Of a DNA stretch of 64,000 nt, positions 1-9,054 are shown in pieces (the first letter of the stretch is position 1; each line of letters begins with the position of its first letter). Source of the stretch: Bdellovibrio sp. ZAP7 (GTDB lineage: Bacteria > Bdellovibrionota_B > Oligoflexia > Oligoflexales > RGVZ01); NCBI GenBank assembly GCA_945900755.1, contig CAMDKS010000018.1, forward strand, positions 1,201-65,200, written 5' to 3'. Under the pieces are notes generated by a model. It was not told the origin of the DNA, made no database searches, and saw only the letters and a program-made list of their open reading frames with translations. The position numbers and the translations under genes were made by a program.

Positions 1-438
1 TTTTAGAATTTCTTGAAATGGAATTTCACGCACATTGTGATCGATGCCAAGGGAGAATCCAAGGTCTCCCGTAATTGAATCAGTCGTCATGCTGGGGCGG
101 ATAGATTTAATCGCCTTAGTTAAATTGGAAATAAATGCACCGGTCGGATTTAGCATTGACATGGAATGTTCAAAGGCAACTCTGACTCGGTGATTGAAGT
201 CATTCATAGAGCTGGCTCCTAGGAAATCCACAACTAGGACAAGGGCCTTTGGCTCGGCTTTTACAAAATCCTCTATGACAACGCTTCGGACTACGGAGGT
301 TTTGCCCATATTTCGTTTGCCGAAATATACAAGATGACCCCCGTCCAGCGCTGTTTTCAATAACTGCTGTTGGTCTGATTTGAGGTTGCAGATTTCATTT
401 CTCGGTAAAACAACATCAAATAGAAATCGATTTAACAT
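1..438 (-). CDS. P-loop (AAA-type) ATPase, N-terminal 146 aa; the gene continues beyond the left edge
   Basis: My own reverse-strand translation from the ATG at 438 gives MLNRFLFDVVLPRNEICNLKSDQQQLLKTALDGGHLVYFGKRNMGKTSVV... GKRNMGKTS fits a Walker A loop (GxxxxGKT/S). The frame stays open to position 1. It is absent from the ORF track because it is truncated. Confidence 0.6.
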   Translation of the reverse strand, partial: MLNRFLFDVVLPRNEICNLKSDQQQLLKTALDGGHLVYFGKRNMGKTSVVRSVVIEDFVKAEPKALVLVVDFLGASSMNDFNHRVRVAFEHSMSMLNPTGAFISNLTKAIKSIRPSMTTDSITGDLGFSLGIDHNVREIPFQEILK

Positions 439-700
439 GGGCATTTGTCAAAATACTCCAAAGGTGAAATGAAACTTATTTTATATTATAACAAAATGCG
501 TCTTAAACGCAACGTCTTACACGCTGCGATAGAGTCGCAGCGATATATGTACCCAACAAGATCGCAGAGACGCCTGCGATTTTCGGCGTAACCCCGCAGT
601 TAGCTGACCGGATTTGGACCGGCACTTTCCCAAAACTGGCGGTGGTCTAAAACCATGTTGACCATTGCTTGACCATCGGCCCCATTTCCCACCGCACCAC

Positions 701-736
701 AAAAAGAAACGGCCCTGATTTTATCAATCAGAACCG
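701..736 (-). terminator. Rho-independent terminator, probably the ancestral terminator of the tRNA-fMet gene
   Basis: On the minus strand, 10 nt after the tRNA fragment at 747-793: CGGUUCUGAUU-GAUAA-AAUCAGGGCCG (11-bp stem including two G.U pairs) followed by UUUCUUUUU. Confidence 0.6.
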
Positions 737-746
737 GGACTTATGT

Positions 747-793
747 TGGTAGCGGGGGTAGGACTTGAACCTACGGTCTTCGGGTTATGAGCC
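747..793 (-). repeat. Distal att repeat: exact 47-nt copy of the 3' end of tRNA-fMet
   Basis: TGGTAGCGGGGGTAGGACTTGAACCTACGGTCTTCGGGTTATGAGCC is identical to 33669-33715 and 10234-10280, in the same orientation. Confidence 0.9.
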
Positions 794-917
794 TAAAAAA
801 GGCGTTTGAAAAACATTATTAGAAACAGGGCGTTACCGGCATAGTGCTTTTGTTTCAGTAAGTTATCAGTCAAGCAGCGTAAAGCAAAGTAAAGATATTT
901 GAAGCGTTGCTAACATG

Positions 918-938
918 GTTACGGCCAAATGACGGCCA
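918..938 (+). repeat. 21-bp direct repeat, left copy (possible integrase or Xis arm-type site)
   Basis: GTTACGGCCAAATGACGGCCA has an exact second copy at 10145-10165. It contains ACGGCCA twice, spaced by 4 nt. Confidence 0.8.
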
Positions 939-1002
939 TTTCTTTCAGTTGCTAATACCAACTATAGTTGGTACAATCACAAAGACACATGGAGTGGTAC
1001 CG

Positions 1003-1197
1003 ATGCCAATGAGCGGCAAAGACATGTTAAAACTTTTCCTTAAAGACGGATGGCAGGTGCTTCGGCAAAAAGGCAGCCATGTCGCTATCGGCAAGGACGG
1101 CCAAGTCGAAACGATCCCTATGCACCGCGAACTGGCCAAGGGCACCGAGCACGGACTCCTGAAACGCTTAAAGAAGAAAGAGGGCCAAACCAAGTGA
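1003..1197 (+). CDS. hicA: HicA-family toxin (mRNA interferase)
   Basis: MPMSGKDMLKLFLKDGWQVLRQKGSHVAIGKDGQVETIPMH... has HicA size and the QKGSH core. GGAG lies 9 nt upstream of the ATG at 1003. The stop overlaps the hicB start (GTGA). Confidence 0.8.
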   Translation: MPMSGKDMLKLFLKDGWQVLRQKGSHVAIGKDGQVETIPMHRELAKGTEHGLLKRLKKKEGQTK

Positions 1198-1625
1198 AAT
1201 ACCATTTTAAATACTCTAAAGAAGGACCGGTCTTTTGGGCAAAATGTGTCGAGCTCGACGGCTGTTTCACTCAAGGCAAGACCTTGGACGAGCTAAAGGA
1301 AAATATGCACGAAGCTCTAAACCTTCACTTGGATGAGCCGGCGAATAGTAAGACAGCGTTTGCACCGCCCAAGAAATCTGTGAAGGGCCGCAATATTGTC
1401 GCAGTTTCCGTTGACCCTAAGATCGCGTTTGCTCTTAATTTGAGACATCTCCGTGCTGCTCGCGGTTTTACTCAAAAGGAGACTGCAAAACGGCTTGGGT
1501 TAAAAAACCTTTTTAGCTACCAGCGTCTGGAATCATCCAAAACTGCAAACCCTGAGCTTATGACCTTGGCTAAGATCAAAGAGTTGTTCCCTGAGTTTGA
1601 TTTGGATGAGGTTGTCGGACTCTAA
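1194..1625 (+). CDS. hicB: HicB-family antitoxin with C-terminal XRE-type HTH
   Basis: VKYHFKYSKEGPVFWAKCVELDGCFTQGKTLDELKENMHEALNLHL is a HicB-like N-terminal fold signature. RGFTQKETAKRLGLKNLFSYQRLE is an HTH. The GTG start at 1194 is coupled to hicA. The longer track ORF (from 1050) overlaps hicA out of frame. Confidence 0.75.
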   Translation: MKYHFKYSKEGPVFWAKCVELDGCFTQGKTLDELKENMHEALNLHLDEPANSKTAFAPPKKSVKGRNIVAVSVDPKIAFALNLRHLRAARGFTQKETAKRLGLKNLFSYQRLESSKTANPELMTLAKIKELFPEFDLDEVVGL

Positions 1626-1897
1626 GAATATCGACAGCTCGAAATTGAGAAATGCCTTTGAATTTTGTCTCTTCAGGGAAAGAGATCCCTTTAACTCAAC
1701 TTAACTAATAGTCCTGGAAAGATACCGGAGCTATAGAGGGGCCACTACTGACTCAATCGAAAATTCGACCATCTATCGGCCAATGGATATGATTTGGCGG
1801 AGGCGCTTTTTTTATGCCAAGACGGTGTTCCGAGACCAGATACCTCAGGTTGAACTTTAAATTTTTCTTAATCCAATTTCAGCCGATGCTTAGCCAC

Positions 1898-3187
1898 TTA
1901 ATATTCTTCATAGCAATACTTTGCCCCGTCATTAGCCGACTTCGGAGGGTTAAAGCTTATGACTCCTCCCCATACAATCAAACAGGAACCTGTCCACACG
2001 GCACTGTGCTCATATCGAGCAGCTGGGGCGCCCTCAATCGCCATTGGTTGCCATTGGTCTGTTGAAGGATCATATTCCGCACCATCATTGAAAGGGGTAA
2101 AGGGCGCACCACCTCCCCAAACAACCATTTTTTTACCGGTCCAAATAACAGTTGCTCCTCGTCGTTTTAGAGGTGCACGAATATTACTCATGGTTGTCCA
2201 ACTATCGGTCTTAGGATCGTATATACCACCGCTTGCCTTATCGTCTTTGCAGGAATCCGTCTCCCAGCAACCATCCCAAACTATCATCTTGGTTCCAGTC
2301 CACACGGCATAATGCTCTCGCCTGGGTGTCGGTGCGTTGACAGTCGTTGTCGGCTGCCATTTATCCTCGATCGGGTCGTAACCCCCCCCTTTATTTGTTG
2401 GATCTACTGAATCTTCAGGATCTCCTCCCCACACAATCATTTTTGAACCAGTCCAAATCAGCGAGTGATCGTCGGCATACTTTGGAGCGTTGACGGCAGA
2501 AAAAGCCTTCCATGTATTAGTTTTAATATCGTAGGCGTGATGTTTCTTTTGATTTGTGCTTCCTCCACCACCAAAGACCAGTATAGACGATCCAGTAAAT
2601 ACCGACGGGCTGTAAGAAGTATAAGCAACGCCAACGCTTGTATTTACTTCTGACCACAGATTTAATGCTGCATTCCAGAGTCCAGATTTTGAAGGTTCAT
2701 TACCAAATACAAAAAGCTTCTCGCCTAACCAGTGGGCCATCGTGTTGTTAAATTCGCCCGCAGGTGCTGACTTGCTTTGCATGAATTCCCATTTATTGGT
2801 TTTTACATTGTAAATAGCGCCCAATCCCGCAGCACTAATAACACCACCAGATGCCCTCCCTCCCCAAACAATCATTTTATCACCTGAAAAAAAAGCTTTA
2901 TGACGATGCCTGGCTGACGGAGACCCTGCGTCAGAAATGCTGGACCATTTTCCAGCCTTATGCACGACAACGTTGGGAGGATCCGATTCACCGACAGGTC
3001 CCACCGGGCCGGTTGTGGGAGTGACAGTATCAGAGATTCCGTCATTATTTTCATTTGTTTTGGAGGTTGACGATTGAGGAATTGCATCACCGCCGTCCTT
3101 TTTTGTGGTAGCTCGGGTATCTGCAGAATCAGAACTGCAGGCATTAAATCCTGTCATTGTCAGTAATGCTATGACGTATACTTGCAT
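1898..3187 (-). CDS. Kelch-repeat (beta-propeller) lipoprotein
   Basis: The N-terminus MQVYVIALLTMTGFNAC has a signal peptide plus a lipobox-like Cys. There are at least 6 repeats of the pattern ...MIVWGG... / ...W..., typical of Kelch blades. Confidence 0.7.
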   Translation of the reverse strand: MQVYVIALLTMTGFNACSSDSADTRATTKKDGGDAIPQSSTSKTNENNDGISDTVTPTTGPVGPVGESDPPNVVVHKAGKWSSISDAGSPSARHRHKAFFSGDKMIVWGGRASGGVISAAGLGAIYNVKTNKWEFMQSKSAPAGEFNNTMAHWLGEKLFVFGNEPSKSGLWNAALNLWSEVNTSVGVAYTSYSPSVFTGSSILVFGGGGSTNQKKHHAYDIKTNTWKAFSAVNAPKYADDHSLIWTGSKMIVWGGDPEDSVDPTNKGGGYDPIEDKWQPTTTVNAPTPRREHYAVWTGTKMIVWDGCWETDSCKDDKASGGIYDPKTDSWTTMSNIRAPLKRRGATVIWTGKKMVVWGGGAPFTPFNDGAEYDPSTDQWQPMAIEGAPAARYEHSAVWTGSCLIVWGGVISFNPPKSANDGAKYCYEEY

Positions 3188-3737
3188 GAAAATTCCCCCG
3201 TAATCGTTTTCTATGGCGCAACATCACACACATTGGGCATTAGTCAGCCATGTAGATTCTGCATCGGTTAAAGGAGCAAAAAACTTAAGAGAAATTTTAA
3301 TTGATTGTAATTTCAACAATAATTTCGGAGCATTATAGTCCTGGCCACCTAGGGTCCGAGCGAGTCAAGACATCACGACTGTTACCCTACGGGGTCTAAC
3401 TCATAGCATTGATAGGATTAGTGTAATTAAGGCATTGATGGGACAGCCTGAGTCAGGAATATATTTAAAAAGGTCCGGACATTGGCGATAGCCATTCAAC
3501 AAAGCATCTACGAAACTCCGCAAAACCTCAGAACTAAGGAAATTTAAGCAAATTTGTGAAATTAAGCTCAAATGCCTCGCACCTGCCAAGAAGCGTAGAC
3601 GTCGTCACATCCTGCTTCCCAGCACATAACTGATATAACGTCCATTTTTCAAATGAAGCATTCGAAACCAAACAACAAGAGCTCTTAAAAATAGTGGGAC
3701 AACTCAGACTTTTTTGAACAATTCATTTGAGAAATTA

Positions 3738-4094
3738 TTACTCTAATGATTTTGGGCTCAATGATTCCAAATTATAGGCGAGTACAATTGGCTTTGGCTC
3801 GTAATCATTTCGCTCCTTTTCATTCCAACCGCACATGTGTTTGAGACAGAGCGTCAGCATCTGATTGTCACCTTTGAGGGCCTTGTCCATTGCTGCCCTA
3901 ATCAATTCATGACGGCACGAGACCATATTTCGGTTCCGAAAGGCGATAAAAGTGAGTCCCCAACGCTTTTCAATAGATCTTTCTATGGTATCCTCGGACA
4001 CTTTGAAGAAAGCCGCTGTGTCGGCTAGAGTTGGCTTCATTCTCATAAGTTCAGACAACTGAACATCATCTATTTTAATTTGAGGACGAGCCAT
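3738..4094 (-). CDS. HTH protein resembling phage small-terminase or DNA-packaging HTH proteins
   Basis: Start chosen at the ATG at 4094, which has GAGGT upstream. The N-terminal HTH-like stretch is LADTAAFFKVSEDTIERSIEKRWG. C-terminal KGDNQMLTLCLKHMCGWNEK resembles the ...LK...GW.(D/E)K motif I associate with TerS-like proteins. The assignment is from memory. Confidence 0.45.
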   Translation of the reverse strand: MARPQIKIDDVQLSELMRMKPTLADTAAFFKVSEDTIERSIEKRWGLTFIAFRNRNMVSCRHELIRAAMDKALKGDNQMLTLCLKHMCGWNEKERNDYEPKPIVLAYNLESLSPKSLE

Positions 4095-4126
4095 TTTAAC
4101 CTCTACACGGTGTGTCTGATAAGATT

Positions 4127-5344
4127 TTACCATAGTTGAGGTGTGTTCAAAACTCGATCCTGCAACATTATCCATTGTCGATCATGCCGGTTGGCCGCGA
4201 GATCATTTATGGTTTTTTCCAGTCGCATTTTTGGCGAAACCTCCATGGGCTCGTACCAAGGCCGAAAACATATGTCTGACGATTGTTGACACCGATGCGC
4301 AACTGATTTCTGGAGAGATTTCATCATAGCCATGAGCTTTAAGAATCCAGAGCCTTGCTTCAATGATTGACCAGCAATATCCAAATATGACTCTGCGAGG
4401 ACCTCCAAAAGGTGCAAGGCATCCGTCCTGCGCTGGTACCAAAAAGTGTGTTTGGTTTCTTTTTTTTGAAACTGAGAATAAATTGTGTAACCGATTATGT
4501 CTAGCAGGCTTAGACGCCAGCGTCTTTTAGAAGGCCGTGGCTTAAAGCAAATTCCGATTTTTGTCTCCATTCCATCCTTAAATGAGGTCGCATACCCGAG
4601 CCGAGAGTATCGCACCTTTTTTGGCCGCCCATTTTGCTTAACTTCAGCTAGATCTGGTAACCAGCCAGGGCATTTTACTGTCGCAATATATTTATCATTA
4701 ACCTCAACATAGAATTGGCTAAACACCGAAGGATAACTCACGGTAGAAAATGGCCCGTTTTTATTTATCATCCAACCAATATAACTCTCTGCAAGTATGC
4801 TCGGAGTAAGCCATCTCATGTGGCCGAAGCGAACAGCCACATCAGTTATAGATGCTAAAAATGTTTTTACCGAACGCTCAGCATTTACTCGCCGATCCTC
4901 AGATGTGCACGACTCATTTAACAAAGATTTAAATTTCATTCCGACAAGAAACCTTAAGTGTTGGATCAAGCCTATACTTGGGGTGCGATCAATTTCTGAC
5001 TCCCAACTTTTATCTCTTTCATAAGTAAAAGTCGTTATCTTGACTTCCGAAGCTAAGGCAGTCGTCAATGCTGTACCATACAACCGAAAAGCGGAATTTA
5101 AACAGCGAGCGTTGTGGTTCATTGCATTGTCTGCTGCCTCCCTTCCATTGCTTTGCTCATTTAAATGGAAGACGTCTTCATTGACCTTCTCGATAATTTT
5201 GCTATCACATTTACCCGTTAAAAAACCCTTGAGGTCGGACTGAATAGGCAATTCAGTAACTAAGCTGAGGCAGACTCTCATGCAATTCTCTGAATTTACT
5301 AATGAATCTGAGAAACCCCCTGGTACCTTCGCCCGTCCAACCAT
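4127..5344 (-). CDS. Hypothetical protein (405 aa), no recognisable family
   Basis: Long ORF. The internal ATG at 5344 is preceded by AGGAGG (5349-5354) and leaves room for a divergent promoter toward 5414. It lies upstream of, and is co-oriented with, 3738-4094. Confidence 0.55.
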   Translation of the reverse strand: MVGRAKVPGGFSDSLVNSENCMRVCLSLVTELPIQSDLKGFLTGKCDSKIIEKVNEDVFHLNEQSNGREAADNAMNHNARCLNSAFRLYGTALTTALASEVKITTFTYERDKSWESEIDRTPSIGLIQHLRFLVGMKFKSLLNESCTSEDRRVNAERSVKTFLASITDVAVRFGHMRWLTPSILAESYIGWMINKNGPFSTVSYPSVFSQFYVEVNDKYIATVKCPGWLPDLAEVKQNGRPKKVRYSRLGYATSFKDGMETKIGICFKPRPSKRRWRLSLLDIIGYTIYSQFQKKETKHTFWYQRRTDALHLLEVLAESYLDIAGQSLKQGSGFLKLMAMMKSLQKSVAHRCQQSSDICFRPWYEPMEVSPKMRLEKTINDLAANRHDRQWIMLQDRVLNTPQLW

Positions 5345-5413
5345 GAATCCTCCTAACATTGGTACTTTCCACGCAGAGCAACAGAGGTAACACATCCAGC
5401 ATGGGAGTCCAAA

Positions 5414-5641
5414 ATGAAATCAATAAAAGTAGGCGATAGTTCATGTGTAGCTGAACTTGTAAAGAAGGCCCTCATCAAGGCAGGTAGCAAACGTTTTTTA
5501 AGCAAATGCATAGGGGTCACTCGGAGATCAATCTCAAATTGGCTTAGTGGCGAATGCGACATGAAACGAGCGAACTGGCAGGCGTTGCTTAAATATGCCG
5601 AGAGTCCCTCCAGCAATGAAAAAGGAACTCGCCGGAAATGA
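5414..5641 (+). CDS. Small Cro/CI-like HTH regulator
   Basis: RFLSKCIGVTRRSISNWLSGE is an HTH pattern. It is divergent from the 5344 operon and is the first gene of the replication/integration operon. Confidence 0.55.
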   Translation: MKSIKVGDSSCVAELVKKALIKAGSKRFLSKCIGVTRRSISNWLSGECDMKRANWQALLKYAESPSSNEKGTRRK

Positions 5642-5793
5642 GAGCTACCTTGATTTATCAACATTCATCCGACGACACGTCCTAAAGCCTGATTGGGCAT
5701 CGTCGATTTTGACCCAAAAAATCACAAGTGCCATGTTCTCTTCTTTGGAAGGGAATGGACTCTTATTGCTAAAAATCCCCCGGAGGAAATGAG

Positions 5794-6654
5794 ATGAATG
5801 TCGAAGTCGTAAAAAGAAAGCCTGTTGTAACAGATTATGCCACTCACTACGCTGAGATAGGCTGGCCAGTCCTTACCGTTGCAGGCATCACCGCAGATTT
5901 AAAATGTACATGCGGCAATGACAATTGCAAGGCGGCTGGTAAGCACCCAATGCTTGCAGACTGGCCGAATAAAAGCTCAATGGACCTTGAGGTCATCCGC
6001 AATTACTTTGCAAATCATGGAGACCTCAATGTCGGTATTTGCACGGGCCAGCGCTCTCGGCTAGTGGTTCTAGATGTTGACGCTAGAAGCGGTGGGCTTG
6101 AAACCCTTGAAGAGTGCCTACAACTTTACGGTGATCTACCTCTAACCCCAATGGTACATACAGGCGGAGGGGGTAATCACTATTATTTTAAATGTCCTCT
6201 AGGCGGCTTGCCCTCAAGAATATCTCTGCTACCGGGCATTGACCTAAAGTGTGAAGGAGGATACGTCGTCGCGCCTCCAAGTCGCCATTTGTCAGGCAAG
6301 GAATATGTTTGGGACACGTTTCAAGACATTGAATCCATACCTATGGCGCCTCTTCCGGATTGGTTGCAACACCTAATAGTTCGATCTGCCCAGATTCAAA
6401 CTGATTCAAAAGTCGATTGGCAAAAATTCATAGACACCCGCGTGCAGGAGGGTGGTCGAAACAGCAACCTTGCAAAGCTCACTGGACACCTCTTGAGACG
6501 CTGGGTTGACCCCTATGTCTGTCTAAAGATTGTCTACGCCTGGAATTGCCTGTGGTGCGATCCACCCCTCGATTTTCAAGAGGTACTCGGAATAGTAAAC
6601 AGCATCTCACGCATACAGCTCACCCAATTGACTCAAGGAGCAGGAAATGCCTAG
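5794..6654 (+). CDS. Bifunctional DNA primase/polymerase (Prim-Pol) with PriCT-like C-terminus
   Basis: AGKHPM, LVVLDVDARSGG, TGGGGNHYYF and GIDLKCEGGYVVAPPSRHLSGKEYVW are Prim-Pol signatures. EGGRNSNLAKLTGHLL...PPLDFQEVLGIVNSI is PriCT-like. A GGAGG RBS is present. Confidence 0.85.
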   Translation: MNVEVVKRKPVVTDYATHYAEIGWPVLTVAGITADLKCTCGNDNCKAAGKHPMLADWPNKSSMDLEVIRNYFANHGDLNVGICTGQRSRLVVLDVDARSGGLETLEECLQLYGDLPLTPMVHTGGGGNHYYFKCPLGGLPSRISLLPGIDLKCEGGYVVAPPSRHLSGKEYVWDTFQDIESIPMAPLPDWLQHLIVRSAQIQTDSKVDWQKFIDTRVQEGGRNSNLAKLTGHLLRRWVDPYVCLKIVYAWNCLWCDPPLDFQEVLGIVNSISRIQLTQLTQGAGNA

Positions 6655-8281
6655 TCACCAAAACTTGGAAAAGTTGCGCCAAGCCCAAGCAACGAAACTG
6701 TCGATTGAGGGTTCAAACCAGGTTGCTACCCAAGCGAAGATTATCTGGACAGAGCCCCCAGGCGATTTACCTCCACCCTTGCCGTCAGCACCATCAATGA
6801 TTCCTGACATGATCCCGGTGCCCCTCAGAGCATGGCTACAGGACAACGCAGAGAGAATGCAGGTAAGCCTTGAATTTGTAGCCGCACCGGCAATTGTCGC
6901 TTTGAGTATCCTTATAGGTCGTAGGCTTGGTATCCGACCAAAGGCTTGGGATGATTGGACTGTAACCCCTAACCTTTGGGGACTGATTGTTGCGAGACCA
7001 GGTTATATGAAGTCGCCCGCTCTTAAAGCTGCTTTAAAGCCATTTGATCGCCTAGTAGCGCAAGCTCTTAAGCAACGCGAAAATGGTGCAAATGAACGAA
7101 TTGCAAAGATCAACGGAGCCGAGGCCGCCATAGAGGGTGTAAGGGCAAAGATAAAATCAGACGCAAAAAAGGGCGAGTCTGATCACTCAATAAATGAAGT
7201 GCAATTAATGGAACTATGCGGAACGTTGCGAGATCTAAAAAAGGAATCTGCCATCTATTATACTAACGATGCCACGATAGAGAAGCTCGTAATGCTCCTG
7301 GAAGGGCGACCCTCAGGTATGCTGGTTCTTCGAGATGAGATTGCCGCATGGCTCAAGATGCTCGACAAACCGGGGCATGAAGCTGACCGAGCATTCAACC
7401 TTGAATCTTGGAACGGTGACGGACGACATATTGTACATCGGGTGAGCAGAGAATCAAATCACGTCGAAGGCCTTTGCTTGAGCATCCTTGGAGGGATTCA
7501 GCCTGGACGCCTGTCTGAGTACATTCAATCGGCGGTCTCCATGGGGTCGGGCGACGATGGTCTGATCCAACGATTTCAACTAGCAGTTTTTCCTGATGAA
7601 TCACCACACTGGGAGAATGTCGACCGATACGCCAACAAAGCTGCAAAGAACGAAGCTTTCGCAATATTTCAGGCACTGGACGTTTTGGATTTCGCCAGTG
7701 CGGCCAGAGAATCAGAAGACGGAAATCCCTATGTCCACTTTGATTTACAAGGTCAAGAATTGTTCAATGCATGGTTGTCTGATTTGGAGAAGCGATTAAG
7801 GTCTCAGAAGTCTTCATTCCCAGCATTTGAAAGCCATCTGGCAAAATATCGGAGCTTGTTACCGAGTATTGCGCTCATTTTTCAAGCCATAGACTTTGCT
7901 GGCGGGGTTACTGATACTTTATCCCCAAATCAATCTTCAGTTGGACGGGCCATTGATTGGTGCGATTTCTTAGAAGCACACGCAAAGAAGATCTATTCAA
8001 TAGTTCTCAACCCAACACACCAAGCCATCCGCTTGCTTGCTGATAAAATTAGGGACGGTCACATTCGAGATGGAATGACTGTTAGGGAGCTCTATAGACA
8101 TCACTGGCGCGGTCTCGATACTCAGGAGAAAGTTGAGCCAGCGTTAATCGATCTTGAAAAGCTAAACTGGCTCAAAGTCACTGAATCACGGGGTCGTCTC
8201 GGACGAGCGACTGAAATCATCAAACTCAATCCAGCTCTTATAGAACTACCTGTTCGAGTGAAGGGGGAGAGGAATGACTAA
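6647..8281 (+). CDS. DUF3987 (YfjI-like) protein, the usual partner of Prim-Pol in integrative elements
   Basis: ARPGYMKSPALK and LSILGGIQPGRL motifs, size 544 aa, and an 8-nt overlap with the Prim-Pol gene. Confidence 0.75.
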   Translation: MPSHQNLEKLRQAQATKLSIEGSNQVATQAKIIWTEPPGDLPPPLPSAPSMIPDMIPVPLRAWLQDNAERMQVSLEFVAAPAIVALSILIGRRLGIRPKAWDDWTVTPNLWGLIVARPGYMKSPALKAALKPFDRLVAQALKQRENGANERIAKINGAEAAIEGVRAKIKSDAKKGESDHSINEVQLMELCGTLRDLKKESAIYYTNDATIEKLVMLLEGRPSGMLVLRDEIAAWLKMLDKPGHEADRAFNLESWNGDGRHIVHRVSRESNHVEGLCLSILGGIQPGRLSEYIQSAVSMGSGDDGLIQRFQLAVFPDESPHWENVDRYANKAAKNEAFAIFQALDVLDFASAARESEDGNPYVHFDLQGQELFNAWLSDLEKRLRSQKSSFPAFESHLAKYRSLLPSIALIFQAIDFAGGVTDTLSPNQSSVGRAIDWCDFLEAHAKKIYSIVLNPTHQAIRLLADKIRDGHIRDGMTVRELYRHHWRGLDTQEKVEPALIDLEKLNWLKVTESRGRLGRATEIIKLNPALIELPVRVKGERND

Positions 8282-8855
8282 CTTCAAACCTCAGAATATT
8301 GCACTGTATGAGAATCCTAGCCCTGAATTTGGCACTTCTGGCACCACCCAGTATAGGGATGCCCCAGAAAATACTTCTCAGGCCGACCGGAAAATGGACT
8401 TAATCGCCACGCTGCCTGCTGGTGATGTCTTTAGTTACTTTGAAAATCACATTAGGATACATGTGCCAATCATTCAGGGTATGACTTCAGTATTAGAGTA
8501 TCAGAAGAGGCCACTGTCAATTGATGATTTATGTGCCCGAGTAATTAATAGAATGGGCGGATGCCGAGACTTTTGCAAAAGACATTCTTTGGCTGACTCG
8601 TCAAAGGTACTTGAAGAGGCCATCGAAATTGGACGAAAACTCATCCCATACAAAATGAATCATTTATACGTCGAAGATGAGCTGCCAATTTTAAAGGGTC
8701 ACAAAACTTGGACGCAGTCGACTAGACTACCTTTAGTGAGTTTTTCTCGAGCAAGTGCCATAGGCGAGGTGACAGAAGTGCCAAATCAGGCCTTCAATCG
8801 TGATCACTCAACTTCAAACCTCAAAACTGGAGGATTGCAAGATGAACCTCAATGA
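8274..8855 (+). CDS. Hypothetical protein (193 aa)
   Basis: ATGA overlap with the upstream gene (8278-8281) suggests translational coupling. No recognisable motif. Confidence 0.5.
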   Translation: MTNFKPQNIALYENPSPEFGTSGTTQYRDAPENTSQADRKMDLIATLPAGDVFSYFENHIRIHVPIIQGMTSVLEYQKRPLSIDDLCARVINRMGGCRDFCKRHSLADSSKVLEEAIEIGRKLIPYKMNHLYVEDELPILKGHKTWTQSTRLPLVSFSRASAIGEVTEVPNQAFNRDHSTSNLKTGGLQDEPQ

Positions 8856-9054
8856 TAAATACGACTCCGTTGTACTAACCCTCGACGAAACCGCCGCCCT
8901 CCTCCGAATCAGTCGTCCCACGCTGTTCGAGCTAATCCAGCGAAAACTCATACCTTGTCGGCGGGTTGGCCGGCAGTGGCGGTTTTGTAAAGTTGATGTT
9001 ATAGCTTGGCTCGCCGGTAACGACCTTGTTTCGCGAACAAGGGGTAGGAAATGA
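8842..9054 (+). CDS. Excisionase/AlpA-like (MerR-superfamily) HTH protein
   Basis: LTLDETAALLRISRPTLFELIQRKLIPCRRVGRQWRFCKVDVIAWL is a classic excisionase-family HTH. A GGAGG RBS precedes the ATG at 8842. The stop overlaps the integrase start (ATGA). Confidence 0.75.
   Translation: MNLNDKYDSVVLTLDETAALLRISRPTLFELIQRKLIPCRRVGRQWRFCKVDVIAWLAGNDLVSRTRGRK

Noticed and set aside
517-702. A 61-aa minus-strand ORF
   Set aside because: It lies between the stranded tRNA terminator and the ATPase promoter region, has no RBS, and has a Trp/Gly/Arg-rich composition typical of random frames.
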